Shown one piece after another: positions 29,181-41,000 of a stretch of DNA of 64,000 bases (within the stretch, counting starts at the first letter, position 1; every line of letters begins with the position of its first letter). This stretch comes from a virus. The position numbers and the translations under genes are program-made. The stretch spans positions 13,320 to 77,319 of the IMG/VR virus record IMGVR_UViG_3300028802_000008. One strand, 5' to 3'. Below the pieces are notes generated by a model. The model was given only the letters and a program-made list of their open reading frames with translations. It did not search any database and was not told where the DNA came from.

Positions 29181-29992
29181 CAGTCCCAGTCTCCTGCGTT
29201 GGCCTGCACCTTGATGCCGTCCTCCATCGCCTGCCACGTCTTGGCACCGCACCATCCGTCAGCGGTCTGACCCAGCACAGCTTGGACATTCTTCAGAGCG
29301 CCCACAGACTGTGATCCGAAGTTGCCATCTTCGACCACTCCCTGCCCGGAGAGAAGGTTGATCTGTTGCTGGCACATCTTAGCCATCTTGCCCTGACTGC
29401 CTTGCTTGACATCCTTGCGGTATCCGTTCACGGTGAACACTCCTGTTGGCGTTGGTGGTATCGGTGTCGGCTCCACGGGTGGCGGCGTTGGCTCCGGTTC
29501 GCCTGGAAGTTCCCAAGTCGGAAGATCCCAGGTATACAAGTTCGGCAACACTGTGGCGTATCTGCGTGATGCGCTGATCTCCGTCGGCTGGATGTGCCAC
29601 GGCTCTTTGTTCACATTGCGGAATGTGCGGAATCCGAACTTTCCGCAATGCTCCTCCATCCAGTTCCAAGACACATTCGGCACCATGTCGATCGCCAGAG
29701 CCGTCGCGCTCTCGGGACTGACGGGACAGGACTCGTGCCACGAGTTCCCCGGTGAGGCGAAGCCGCTCGTCGGGGTAACCGGCTGCACACGCCAACCTCC
29801 ACCCACTCCAAGTGGGATACCGAGGCTGTACGCCGTGAAGATCAGGTGTTGCAGGCGTCGCTGAACCTCCGGATGCAGGAGATGAACCGTCTTCTTGGTC
29901 AGCATCTGCTCCCAAGTGAGCATGGTGCCCATGCCCTGTGGGCCACCCTCCGGTGGCCGCGAATACCCGTAAGGGAACGTCGCGTCGCTCAT
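29180..29992 (-). CDS. endolysin: M15-family peptidase plus peptidoglycan-binding domain
   Basis: GGWR, PGNSWHE, AID, EPWHI; Pro linker; DGNFG/DGWCG..TW. Confidence 0.85.
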   Translation of the reverse strand: MSDATFPYGYSRPPEGGPQGMGTMLTWEQMLTKKTVHLLHPEVQRRLQHLIFTAYSLGIPLGVGGGWRVQPVTPTSGFASPGNSWHESCPVSPESATALAIDMVPNVSWNWMEEHCGKFGFRTFRNVNKEPWHIQPTEISASRRYATVLPNLYTWDLPTWELPGEPEPTPPPVEPTPIPPTPTGVFTVNGYRKDVKQGSQGKMAKMCQQQINLLSGQGVVEDGNFGSQSVGALKNVQAVLGQTADGWCGAKTWQAMEDGIKVQANAGDWD

Positions 29993-30126
29993 GACGGCTC
30001 CTTGTCGGGGAACAGAACTCGGATGTCGACGTGTGCGGGATCGTTGAGGTACTCCTCGCGATCGCTCAGGTCGTCGCCGATGTCAGGCACGTCATCGCCA
30101 GGGATCTTGGCAGTCTTCTTAGCCAT
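29989..30126 (-). CDS. small acidic protein
   Basis: GGAG RBS; ATGA overlap with endolysin. Confidence 0.45.
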   Translation of the reverse strand: MAKKTAKIPGDDVPDIGDDLSDREEYLNDPAHVDIRVLFPDKEPS

Positions 30127-30303
30127 TTCTCCAGCATACCGATAACAAAGATCTTGAGTCATGGATTGACCACGAGCCCCGCGACCCGGTATATTGGAGC
30201 CCAATCAAGGGGAATCTCCAAACATCCTTGGTTGTCGGGACAGAGGCCGTTCGCTCACTGCGAGCGGCCTCTGTCATCTTTAGTATCTTCCCTGAGGAGC
30301 GTC

Positions 30304-31422
30304 ATGGAACCGAGAACTCTGTCAGCATCATCGATCAAGTGCTTCGAAGATTGCGAAGCCATGTACCACGCCCACTACATCGACCGGGTAAAGGAACGAT
30401 CGGGTGCCGCGGCTGATCTCGGAACCAGCGTCCACACAGCCTGCGAAGAGTGGGTGAACGCTGGCGCTCCCGCCGATGTCGACCTCCTGCTCAAGCAGTT
30501 CGACCAGGATGCGATCATGCACGGGCTGAACCAGGAGATGATCAAGGACGGCCGCAAAATGCTCCGGGACTTCTACGATCGCTGGCAGGAGTTCCCGCCC
30601 CACGAGGTTCTCACGACCGAAGTGAAAGAGACGTTCCCGCTCAAGGTTGGCAACAAGACAGTCCAGGTCACCTACATCTGGGACCGCGGTGATCGGATGC
30701 CCGACGGCTCGATCGATGTCATCGACTACAAGACGTGGCGGAAGGTGCTCGACGCTGAGGACATGCGCTCAACCATCCAGGTGCGGATCTACGCCCTGAG
30801 CGCCGCCATCAAATACAAGAGAGACGAGCCCCCGGCGATCTGGGTGACGCTCGATCAGATGCGAACCGGCCCCGTGAGCGTGAAGTTCACCCGTGAGGAC
30901 AACCAGGCCACCTGGCGCTACTTGAAAGACGTGTACCAGCGCATCCTGGCCAGCGATGGCACGAAGATGACGATCAACGAGAACTGCCGGTACTGCGTCC
31001 GCAAAGCCGACTGCCCCGAACTCGCTCGTGCAATCGAAGTCGGCAACATCGTCAAGCTCCGCAACGATCCAATGCGAGCCGCGACACGTCTGGCCGAACT
31101 CAAAGCTGCCCGGAACGCAGTCAGCGACACGATCGCTCAATTGGAAGACTTCATGAGTGAACTACTCGATGAGCATGAAGTTCCCGTGATCAACTACGAG
31201 ACCGGGGTACAGGTCAAGCTGGAGGTTCGCAAGAGCCGCAAAATTGAGCACCACGGGGTCAACCGGGTGCTCAATCTCGACCCGCTGGCACGTCTGAGTC
31301 TGCCAGAAATCGATGAGATCCTCGCCGGAGATCAGATCACCGACGAACAGAAGTGGGAACTTCGCAAGTACGTCACCACGACAGCCAACGCCAAGGCAAC
31401 TGCGGTCTTCCCCAAACGCTAA
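30304..31422 (+). CDS. PD-(D/E)XK Cas4/RecB-like exonuclease
   Basis: LSASSI...C, GTSVH, E, DR.D, IDYKT, Q..IY, CRYC.....CP. Confidence 0.88.
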   Translation: MEPRTLSASSIKCFEDCEAMYHAHYIDRVKERSGAAADLGTSVHTACEEWVNAGAPADVDLLLKQFDQDAIMHGLNQEMIKDGRKMLRDFYDRWQEFPPHEVLTTEVKETFPLKVGNKTVQVTYIWDRGDRMPDGSIDVIDYKTWRKVLDAEDMRSTIQVRIYALSAAIKYKRDEPPAIWVTLDQMRTGPVSVKFTREDNQATWRYLKDVYQRILASDGTKMTINENCRYCVRKADCPELARAIEVGNIVKLRNDPMRAATRLAELKAARNAVSDTIAQLEDFMSELLDEHEVPVINYETGVQVKLEVRKSRKIEHHGVNRVLNLDPLARLSLPEIDEILAGDQITDEQKWELRKYVTTTANAKATAVFPKR

Positions 31423-33212
31423 TTCTGATGTCCGGGTGGCAGTTCAGCTTCCAGCGTTTCGATTCGCTGCACAAGATGGGCAACGATGTCCCACAACTCT
31501 GTGGTGATCACGGCATACGAAATCCCCATCGGTTCATTTTGCAAGTCGTAAGCGATCGCTTTGGGCAACGCTGTCATCAATTCTTCTGCAATGAACCCAC
31601 GCTGATCCTTGCTGCGCGTATACGCACCACAAGGTACTTCCGCCGTACCGCAGCACTTATCAGACTCAGTGCAATCATGCGGAACGGACTCAATATGATT
31701 AGGTGACAACTCAAGAGGTTGATGCCCCATCGCCTTCCAGCGACGGTTGACGTCGCGGAAGCGCTCATTACCTCTGATATGAAGCTCACCAACCTCGGCG
31801 TCGTACACGACGGTGCGAACGTTCTTGAGCGCTTCATATGCCTTGTCTCGATGTTCTGACGTAGCCGAACGTACATTCACCTTCAAATCACGCGATGAAG
31901 GCTTAACGAAATCTCCAGCCTTGATCCAGTTGTAGTCAGTGGCATTATTGTTCTTGAACTCAAACATCTCACCGACGCCACCGTTGACTTGCATAGTCGG
32001 TGCAAAGCCATAAGGCGTCACCCATGCCGCATACCCGCAGACGAGTCCACCGGAGCGAGCCTGCATTCCCATGCTGGTGTGGCCTCCCGCGCTATTCACC
32101 CAGTTCGTGATGCAAGGACCAGCATTGGAAATGAACTGTCTTCCGGCCGTAACGTCCATAGTCGTCGCGACAGCGTAAGCGCTAAAACCAACCGTGGAAG
32201 TCACGCCCCCGTTGTTGATGATAAGTTGATCGTCGCTGTTGCCTCCGATTCGCAACGTGCTGTACGCACGAAGGTGTGCATTCGACGTTGAAGAGACGTG
32301 ATCCAAGAGGAAGTAACCGCAGTTCCCGATGTAGCAAGTCCAGCCAGTATCTGATGCCCAAGGCCCAATCCTGATCCGGTGTCCGGTCTTGGACGTACCA
32401 TTGAAGTAGTTGCGAACATAGGTGTCTGTGTCCGACGAGACATAGCCGCCTTCGGCGCGGACATAACTCGCGCCAGTAATCGCGCCTGTAACAGAAAGAG
32501 CGCCCGCTACGTTCGCCGCGCCGTCGGTATTGAATGTGCCAGCCACGTTCACTCCAGCAGAATGAACTTGTACTTGGTGAGCACCGTCGTTGGCACCGGC
32601 CCGGATAAACACAGCCCCACCCGTATTTGCCGAGACGAATGAGTTGGTCCCATCAGCCAGAAGAACATAAGCTGTCGCTGCGTAAGACGCAGGATGCAAC
32701 GTAAGATATGCGCCAGCGTGACCAGGGTGCATCTGCATGACCCAACCACCCAAGGTGGTCGGGTTGTTCGGATTCTGAATCGTGAGGATGTCTTTGCCAG
32801 CAATCCGGTGGAAGATCTTTCCACCGCTGGGAACATCATCACCCTGGTTGATGCCAACCGACAAAACGTCTTCGATGTAGAGAGCACCTGGGCGACCCGA
32901 TATGCGGACAGTCTGACCAGCGAACGGCTGAGCACTCCCGTAGGGGACAGGGAAGGTCGGGGCTTCTCCCGGCCATTGACAGAACGCTACGCGCAGTGTG
33001 GCGTGGACGCTGATGACCGTCGCATACCTGACCTGTGGACGCTGTTCATCCACCACTTCGTGGGCGTAGCTACGAATGATGTCCCGCATCTGCGCGGCGC
33101 TGTTGAAGGTGGAAAGCGAACTGGTCGCACGAGTCGCGGTCGGTGTCGCGATGACAGCAGACGTGGATCTCGCCCCAGATCGGCGGTACACGGAAAGAGA
33201 GGTTGTGACCAT
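31419..33212 (-). CDS. tail fibre with intramolecular chaperone (S74-like) domain
   Basis: SSRDLK.N, GFIAEE, ISY, C-terminal coiled coil. Confidence 0.8.
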   Translation of the reverse strand: MVTTSLSVYRRSGARSTSAVIATPTATRATSSLSTFNSAAQMRDIIRSYAHEVVDEQRPQVRYATVISVHATLRVAFCQWPGEAPTFPVPYGSAQPFAGQTVRISGRPGALYIEDVLSVGINQGDDVPSGGKIFHRIAGKDILTIQNPNNPTTLGGWVMQMHPGHAGAYLTLHPASYAATAYVLLADGTNSFVSANTGGAVFIRAGANDGAHQVQVHSAGVNVAGTFNTDGAANVAGALSVTGAITGASYVRAEGGYVSSDTDTYVRNYFNGTSKTGHRIRIGPWASDTGWTCYIGNCGYFLLDHVSSTSNAHLRAYSTLRIGGNSDDQLIINNGGVTSTVGFSAYAVATTMDVTAGRQFISNAGPCITNWVNSAGGHTSMGMQARSGGLVCGYAAWVTPYGFAPTMQVNGGVGEMFEFKNNNATDYNWIKAGDFVKPSSRDLKVNVRSATSEHRDKAYEALKNVRTVVYDAEVGELHIRGNERFRDVNRRWKAMGHQPLELSPNHIESVPHDCTESDKCCGTAEVPCGAYTRSKDQRGFIAEELMTALPKAIAYDLQNEPMGISYAVITTELWDIVAHLVQRIETLEAELPPGHQN

Positions 33213-33220
33213 GACTTGTC

Positions 33221-34417
33221 CTATCCAACTAGGGCGACACGTTTGGCAGATCCGGACATGGAGCCCAGACCCAGAGGAATGCTGAAGCTTGAAAGCAGGA
33301 ACCGAGTCGGATCTCCGGGAGCCGAATCATCGATCAAAGTCTCCACGGCATCCCCGGCTTCCAGCCAGGGTGCGGCAATCGATTCCAAGCTCATGTCGTA
33401 TTGCTCCAGACCAGCCACCTTCAACAGAGACGTGGCGTTGGCCAGAGCAGTGGCGTTGTCCGGAACGGATTCACTTGGGAACATGTTCATTCTCCGTCCC
33501 ACCTTGGCAATCCTGGTCGGACTGTTCGCGTTGTTGTTCTCCGCTCGACCCATCACGAGAGCATTGTTGGTCGAACTCCCGTGGACGATCACATCGTTGA
33601 ACATGAAGGCATCAGTCGTCGTTCGACTGAAGTTCACCAAGTTGGCATCCAGACCCGTGCGGAACGTATACGACACCGGAGCCGTGAACGGATCGACATT
33701 CGGTCGAAAGGTCAGATACCCCTGACCACTGAAGAACAATTCAAAGCCAATTCCCTGAGCCAAGCCTTCCATCACGTTCCACCGCGTATCACCACGACTG
33801 TAAGGCATATCAGCCAAGAGGACGTTCGTCGTGGGAGCGAAGTTCTTCTTGGTGACACCCGCATTCGTAGCCATCGTGGAGATCACCGTCCCCACATTCA
33901 GCCCAGCAGCGAAAGTAATCGTGTCCGGGAACTTGTCCATCATCAACTTCTTGGTGAAGTCGCGAGCCGTTACTTGCAGCGTCCGAGGGAAGTGTGGGCG
34001 CTGGATGTTGTCAGGAATGAACTCACCCATGTAGGTCATATAGAAGTCGCCATTGTCGAGGCGAATCCCCTTGCAGACATGAATGATCTTGTCGTACCAG
34101 AAGAATCCCGGACCATATCCGAGGTCTCCATCAGCATCGTTGAGAGTGATCTCCAGGTTCCGACGTTCCGATCGAGTCATGTCCACACTGACTGATCCGG
34201 ATTCCACGGCAACATATTCGCGCCAAGGTGTCACATTGTCGGATTCGTAGATATCCGCCCAAGCCACCACCGTCACATGATCAGCTTCAAACTGATCGAT
34301 GATGTCGAAGGTTGGTGTGACGCCGTAGATGATGTTCGGTGGCTCGTAGATGGTCTCGCGGATTCCCTCTTGACCACCTTCACCAAATCCTGGACGAGCG
34401 AAGAAGATTGTTGCCAT
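33221..34417 (-). CDS. minor tail (hub) protein
   Basis: SGSVSVD...RR, FN.VIV.G, PWLEAGD. Confidence 0.8.
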   Translation of the reverse strand: MATIFFARPGFGEGGQEGIRETIYEPPNIIYGVTPTFDIIDQFEADHVTVVAWADIYESDNVTPWREYVAVESGSVSVDMTRSERRNLEITLNDADGDLGYGPGFFWYDKIIHVCKGIRLDNGDFYMTYMGEFIPDNIQRPHFPRTLQVTARDFTKKLMMDKFPDTITFAAGLNVGTVISTMATNAGVTKKNFAPTTNVLLADMPYSRGDTRWNVMEGLAQGIGFELFFSGQGYLTFRPNVDPFTAPVSYTFRTGLDANLVNFSRTTTDAFMFNDVIVHGSSTNNALVMGRAENNNANSPTRIAKVGRRMNMFPSESVPDNATALANATSLLKVAGLEQYDMSLESIAAPWLEAGDAVETLIDDSAPGDPTRFLLSSFSIPLGLGSMSGSAKRVALVG

Positions 34418-35614
34418 CTACATCTGCCGAGAATAGAAGTTTACCACAAGGTCGCTGACGGACGTGAACGTGGGTGTTCCACTCGTCACCAGCACCCCGA
34501 AGATGTTTGCTGTGGTCGTCGTGACGAACGGCATCTCGATGTCGCCCCCCACGAACCTTCCGGTGCAAGCCGAACCAGACGCCGTGTCGCGATAGTCGGC
34601 CGTAAGGAAATCAACATGACCAATCAGCAGAGCCGTATCCAAGCTGGCATCCAGCATGTCGAATGGAGCGTTGTCCGTTGAGACCAAGGTTGGAGTGAGG
34701 GTGAACAGCCACATCGTGAATGGTGCCTTCACCTTGGACTTGTCCACGATGAGGACGTTCCTGACGTACCCAGAACGACCAAGTGCCAACGTGGCATTCG
34801 TGAACGTCATGACGCCACCCACCTGATCGCCAGCGGTGTAGGGGGTCAACGTGATGGCCGGAGTCGCGCTGATCCTGATCATTCTTTCGTGGACGACCGA
34901 GACGACAGCACCGTTGCGATCTGCCCACATCGGCACCATGTCGCCATCAGCACTCATCGCCACCGGCTGAATGTTGTTGGCGCGAGCACCGTTGTAGATC
35001 GGGTTACCGAGGACAGGGAGGTCAGTAGCAACTTGTCCGCCGACACCCGAATTGGTGTGAGTCGCAGCGATCGCCATCGCCCTCAAACGAACGTTGGCCG
35101 TGCCGCTCGTGAACGCTGTCGCACGAACACGAACTCGATCTGCACCAGCAGTGGGAATGATGCACAAGCTCACACCGTTGGTCGGAATGGCTTGAGTTGT
35201 GTTCACTGCGCCGTCCAAGACGTAGTGACCATTCACGGCCCACCAAGTCACACCATCATCTGCGGATGTCTCGTAAGCAACGGTGAGACCGGCATACGTT
35301 CCACTGAAGTAGGCGTAGACGACGGCTGCACCTTCAGTTGTGATCACCACAGTTCCTGCTGTTGCCACAATGGTGGAAGTGACGGACTCCATCAAGGCGT
35401 TGGGCGTCGATTGGAGTCGACCGTTGTGATCAACAGAAATGTCAGCGAGGTTCCCCGTGGGGTCATCCAAGACGCTCATGGAATCCCGACGCCGAGCCAG
35501 CAAGACATTCAACTGAGCGATTCCCGTGGCACCACTCTTTGTGATCTCGTCCCCGAGAACGTCATAGTCAGGCCCAGTCGTGCCGTTCTTGACGGTCACA
35601 CTTTTAATGGTCAT
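34418..35614 (-). CDS. minor tail/structural protein
   Basis: Beta-rich; in tail module. Confidence 0.65.
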   Translation of the reverse strand: MTIKSVTVKNGTTGPDYDVLGDEITKSGATGIAQLNVLLARRRDSMSVLDDPTGNLADISVDHNGRLQSTPNALMESVTSTIVATAGTVVITTEGAAVVYAYFSGTYAGLTVAYETSADDGVTWWAVNGHYVLDGAVNTTQAIPTNGVSLCIIPTAGADRVRVRATAFTSGTANVRLRAMAIAATHTNSGVGGQVATDLPVLGNPIYNGARANNIQPVAMSADGDMVPMWADRNGAVVSVVHERMIRISATPAITLTPYTAGDQVGGVMTFTNATLALGRSGYVRNVLIVDKSKVKAPFTMWLFTLTPTLVSTDNAPFDMLDASLDTALLIGHVDFLTADYRDTASGSACTGRFVGGDIEMPFVTTTTANIFGVLVTSGTPTFTSVSDLVVNFYSRQM

Positions 35615-35623
35615 GCCAATCCT

Positions 35624-38029
35624 TTAAGCTGTGATCTCAGTGTAAGTAATATTGACGGTCGTCATTTCTGACAGCCCAACTCCAGCCAGGCGGGTGATGC
35701 GAGCACTTTCCAAACCCACGGACCACACATCCCCGAATGGGTTGCGAAGGAACAATTCACACCCGGAATCTCGCAGTTCCTCAAGGATCAACCTCTGAAG
35801 ACGAGCCGACTGCTGTGGAACGTCGCGGAAGGTTGCCGTGAGAGATCCGGTGTATCCAAATCTTGTTCCATATTCCACACGACGACCGCGACCAATCAAC
35901 TTGGTCACAGCCATCTCCTGCTCATCCTCAAAGTCATCAGCAGTGACGTGGTGCAGAGTGAGGTTCATGTCCATTTCAGGACACACGATTATGTATTGAG
36001 GGCAGTCACCGTAGAACGGGGAGATCGGGTAAGCCGACTCCACGTTTGCTCCCTGATTGAAGGAGACTTGAACGACTGAGTATTCAAGGTTGGTTCGCGT
36101 CGGCGCAGAGTAATCGTTGAAGCTTCTCGTATCGACAGAGAAGAACGCCAACTCCTGCCACGTCATGTAGCCCTTCGGACGACGAAGAACTCTCCAACCC
36201 ACCCAAGCCGCATCTCGGGAACTATCAGACCAATCGAGAATCACCAATCCATACCCCCCGAATCGACTGGTATCCAACGTGAAGATAGGGGTAGCGGGAA
36301 GAAGGTAAGCGGAAGTGAAGTTGTTGGTGACCGTCCTTGTCAGCCCAGACGAATCCGTCACAACCAGGGTGACGGAATAAGGCTTATCCACCAGAACCAC
36401 AGGATTTTCCAACCTGTAGGAAGTCGCGTTCCCCGACACAGTGCCTGAGTCAGCAACGACAAGCTGACCGTTCACGTCGGTGACGTACACTCGGTAGTTC
36501 ACTTGAGTTCGACCCGCAGAAGCTGCGAAGCTCCATGTGATGGTCGGCTGAGCCGTGTTGATTACCTGACCGTTCGTCGGAGAGGTCAACGTCACCGTTG
36601 GAAGATCGCGCAGGAAGAATCCCTGATCGATGGAATAAGCACCGACGACGTTGTCCTGGTCGTAGACCCTGACACGCCAGCGAAGCTCCGTATCCTTCCA
36701 AGTGGCATCCAGCGCAGTCCAGGTGCCGGTCTGGCTCCCGGAGACGACGATTCCTGTCGTCTTGACGGTGCCCGGAGCGGAGGCCTTCCACAACTCGGCC
36801 TCATACTTGAGTTGGAAGTCCTGTGGATCTGGATCTTGGAACTGCCAGGTACCGATCGCCGTGTTGTTCGCCAAATAAGCGATACTCGTGCCCGAACCAG
36901 GGAGACGATTAGCCGTGGTCGGTGGATGCGTGATGGCAAAGGAGACCACGGTGGAGAGGGCACTCACCACCCCGAACTCATCCGTGGCCTTACATCGTAG
37001 ATACCAAGTACCCTGAGGCAATCGTCCTGCGCCGTAGGTGGGAGTGAACGGCAGCGACTTACTCGTCTCGTAAGTCGTCTCAGCATAGGAAGCATAGGTC
37101 GCAGCGAAGTTGCTGGTGGTCGACAGTTCCCATGTTCGGATCATCTTGACACTGCTCGCCATAGCAGCGACCGTGGCATTGAACGTCGGCCGCGATGTCG
37201 TCTGCGTGGTGGTCGGAGCAACGTTCGTCGGCACCGACACCGGGATCGCCATCGTGAAGGCTGAGAATGCCGACCAGGCACCCGCTGTCGTCTTGACGGC
37301 ACCTGAACCGTTGTACGTCCTGACAAAGAAGCGATAAGCTGCACCGTTGCTGAGATCGCCACTGGAGAGCCAACTGGAAGTCGTACTCGTGACGACGCCG
37401 GAATCCACCGTGTTCGGTGACGTATCGACGTTGAACCCACCGACCGTGGCTTGAGCCAAAGTGAAGATCTTGACCTGGAAGCCAGCCTGCGTCCCACCCG
37501 TGGCCGCATCATTGTGTGTCCAGGTCAGCGTTGGACGACGACTGGTGGTCAGCCCCGTGGCGGCGAGAGCAGTCGGAGCAGTCGGGATTCCAAAGTAGGT
37601 GACATCCAGATACGCCTCGTAGAAGCGGGCAACAGTGTTCGCGCCCGTGACGTGGACCGAACCGAACACCTGCACGTCAGCCCCCGCCGACGTGACCGCC
37701 ACCGGAGTGGTATTGACCGTGGTGTACTCAGTCGCCAGGCTCGCTGTGTGGGTGTGGTCGCTGTAGCCCGTGGCCAAAGCGAAGTAACAAGCCGTCGCGG
37801 TGCGAATGCCGAATCGCCGAGATGTCACCACGTTCCCAATCGGAACAGTGAAGTAATAACCGACGTATCCGTCCTGACCATTCAGCGGAAGCCAGCCAGC
37901 CACGTTGGTGGTCTGCGTATACGAAGCATCCAGGTCGTCGCTAGCAGCCAGGATGTGGGTGGCAGCGCCGACCAGAACACCCGAAACGTCAGGTGTGACG
38001 TTGGTGGGTCGAAGAGTAGCTGTGGTCAT
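35624..38029 (-). CDS. minor tail protein with FN3/Ig-like domains
   Basis: Repeated PT.TW, Y.FFVR and WRVRV.D motifs; LRNPFGD C-terminus. Confidence 0.8.
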   Translation of the reverse strand: MTTATLRPTNVTPDVSGVLVGAATHILAASDDLDASYTQTTNVAGWLPLNGQDGYVGYYFTVPIGNVVTSRRFGIRTATACYFALATGYSDHTHTASLATEYTTVNTTPVAVTSAGADVQVFGSVHVTGANTVARFYEAYLDVTYFGIPTAPTALAATGLTTSRRPTLTWTHNDAATGGTQAGFQVKIFTLAQATVGGFNVDTSPNTVDSGVVTSTTSSWLSSGDLSNGAAYRFFVRTYNGSGAVKTTAGAWSAFSAFTMAIPVSVPTNVAPTTTQTTSRPTFNATVAAMASSVKMIRTWELSTTSNFAATYASYAETTYETSKSLPFTPTYGAGRLPQGTWYLRCKATDEFGVVSALSTVVSFAITHPPTTANRLPGSGTSIAYLANNTAIGTWQFQDPDPQDFQLKYEAELWKASAPGTVKTTGIVVSGSQTGTWTALDATWKDTELRWRVRVYDQDNVVGAYSIDQGFFLRDLPTVTLTSPTNGQVINTAQPTITWSFAASAGRTQVNYRVYVTDVNGQLVVADSGTVSGNATSYRLENPVVLVDKPYSVTLVVTDSSGLTRTVTNNFTSAYLLPATPIFTLDTSRFGGYGLVILDWSDSSRDAAWVGWRVLRRPKGYMTWQELAFFSVDTRSFNDYSAPTRTNLEYSVVQVSFNQGANVESAYPISPFYGDCPQYIIVCPEMDMNLTLHHVTADDFEDEQEMAVTKLIGRGRRVEYGTRFGYTGSLTATFRDVPQQSARLQRLILEELRDSGCELFLRNPFGDVWSVGLESARITRLAGVGLSEMTTVNITYTEITA

Positions 38030-41000
38030 CTCACTTGTCCCAGAGACTTGAGGTTGGTAATGAATCGATCAGCATCATGCGGATCTGTGATGTTCGGGAA
38101 GGACAGATCACCATAGAAGTTGAGCGTAACGTTCTCGCCACTCTCTGATTTGCCGTGCAGTGGCGTCACTTGAATAGCTTCATCATGCAATCCTTCGCCC
38201 ACCCTCAGGAGGGTTCCTCCATTGGTGCGAGGAACAACCAGTCCGCCGCGAGCAAGGGCGGCATGGACGTGGTTGATGTGCTCACGCATGAGAGCAGGAG
38301 AGAAGCTGTGATCCGCTCCCCGGAAGACGTTCGTCGCCCCCGGTCCACCGTAAATCAGTTCCTTCAATTGAGGCTTGAAGGCGCGGTAGATGGCATGGTT
38401 GATATCCAACAAGTCATGAGGACTGTAGTTGATCATGCCCGACGGCCCCGAAAGGTCGATGGCTCGATCCTTGCCGTGCCAAGAAGGCTGACCAGTGTTT
38501 CGGGTGATAGCTCCGGGGCGGTAGGTGCTCAGAATCTTGTACGGAATTCCCAACGCCTGAAGGACTGGAGGAATGGCCCTCCACGAACCTGCCCCCGCCT
38601 CCACCTGAGGAGGCAATCGCTTGCTTGCTTCCTCATTCCAAGCATTGTCTGCTCCCGTGATCCAGTCATTGACTGCATTCAGTACGCCTTGTCCTGAATC
38701 CTTGAGGAACTTATTGGGAATGCGATTGACAGCTTGCTGAGCAAGCCAGTGAGCAGGATTCCAGAGAGTCTCAATAGCTTTGTCCTTGAGGAATCCTGTC
38801 ACCTTGCCGATACCGCTCTTCGCTGCATTGAACCCATTTTTGACGATGTCGCCGATGCCAAAGAGGTCCATGTTGGAATAACCCTGCTCATCTTCACCGA
38901 ACACATGTCCGAGTTCGGAGTAGAGGCCGCGAGCACGCTGACGATACTTGGGATCGGTCGGGATGACGAACTCGGGGAAGATGTTCGATCCTTCGCCCAC
39001 CAGAGCGCGCATTCCGGCAACGGCACCACCCTCTTCGCCAACCACACCACCCTTGGCGAACCGCGGTACGGCTCCACCCGAGCCGCCGCCGCCGCCATTC
39101 ACTGCTGCATCGGATTCTCCCGTATCGAAGTTCCATTTGAGGGCATTCAGGCTGACTGGGTCCATATGGCTGACTTTGTGGCCAATGCCCAACAGGGACG
39201 CCACAGCATTCACCGCATCGGCAACCAAGTTGAACGCACCGATGAATCCGTTGATACCGCCAGCGATCGTGTCCAGAATTCCGTTCCAAACCCCAGAGAT
39301 AAGCGATCCGATCGCCTCCATGATCGGCTTGATGACACTGTTGTAGAGCCATCTCAGCGCAGCCTGAACAGGAGTCAATATCTCCTGGAATCCAGCGAAG
39401 ATTCCTCTGATCGCGTCGTAACCAATTTGAACGATCGACGTGATCGCATTCATCACCGGCTGCATGACGTTGTCCCTCAGCCAGTTCATAGCGGGGGTGA
39501 TCAAGTTGTCAACAACCCACCTGACCTGATCTCCAAACCATCTGAAGGCTGGCACCACAAGCGTATCGATGATGTAGTCGATGGCAGTGAAGATCTCTTC
39601 CATGACAGCCCACATCCCCTGGATGGCTTTCCAGACGATGTCGGCAACGTCAACAACCCTGTCACGAAACCAATCAAATGCCTTGACAACGACGTTCCTG
39701 ATTATCCAGTCCAGGATGTCGAAGACATCTGTGATGAAATCCACCATGATCCCGATGGCAGTGGAAATCCATCCCGCGACATCGTCAATGTGGTCCCATA
39801 CCAATCCGAAGACATCGATGAGAAGGTGGAGATAGTCCACCCAGAGATCGAAGTATTCCTGAATGATCCACCAAGCCGCCTGGATGATCTTCCAAATAAG
39901 TGTGAACACGATCTCCACAGTGACGAAGATCAACTGCAAGATCGGAATGATGTACCCATCGATGTAGCCCCAGAGAGTCTGGAAGATCGGGTAAATGATA
40001 TTCCAAGCTGCCATGATGGCTCCGGAGATCGCTCCCCAGACCGTCGCAAAGACATCGACCAATCCTCCCACTACGGAAGCAATGGCACCGAATACCGGCA
40101 TGATCACGCTGTTCCAAATGGTGCTGAGAACTCCTCCGACGCCCCGGAAGAAACCGATGACCGCTCCCACTACGCCGCGGAAGAAGCCCCAGATGGCCGA
40201 ACCCAGATCAGTGAAGAAGTCCCATATCGACGTAGAGAAATCGACAGTAGACCCACCCAGAGAAGCGAAGAAGTCAGCTACCGGCTGAACAAGATTATCC
40301 ATCAACCATTGACCGATGCCCAGGAGCACATCGTACATCGGCTTCAAGATGTGGTCATAAGTCCACTTCGCTACGGGGCCAGCGACGTAGGCGATCGCCG
40401 CGCCGAGGGCTGCGGCGATCAGAGGACCGAATGGACCGAACACAAGGATGAGCACTGCCGCCAAAGCACCGATCAACAACTGTGGCCAATGCTGCTTCAT
40501 CCAGTCAGGAATAGACTTGAAGACTTCAATAGCCTTATCTTTCCACCCCTTGAGCTTGTCGATGCTGTCTCCGAATGCGGCGAAGATATCGAAGTCGCCC
40601 ATTTTCTTCATTGCTTCATCGATCTCAGTTTCCAACTCCTTGTTGAAAGCCTCGATGTCAAACAGATCACCCTCGCGACCGAGAGTCGAATCTCCACCAG
40701 CAACGTCGAAGTCGACTCCTTCACCGGCAGCAAAGAGACTTTCCTCATCACCCTTCTTGGTCTTTTCGATGTTGGCCGCGGTCTCAGCCATCGAGATGTA
40801 GTCCGCCATCTCGGATTCCATCTCAGAGATCAAGTCTTTGATGTCTCGATACGCATCTTCAAGTTGATCCAACTTGGTCTGCTCAATATCAAGCTGGTCA
40901 CCCACCAACTCCTGCGCCGCAGCAGCTTCCTTGGCGACCGCCTGTGCTTCTTTCTGCTTCTGCACCAATCCGTCGTATTGTGGTTGAAGTTCATTAACAA

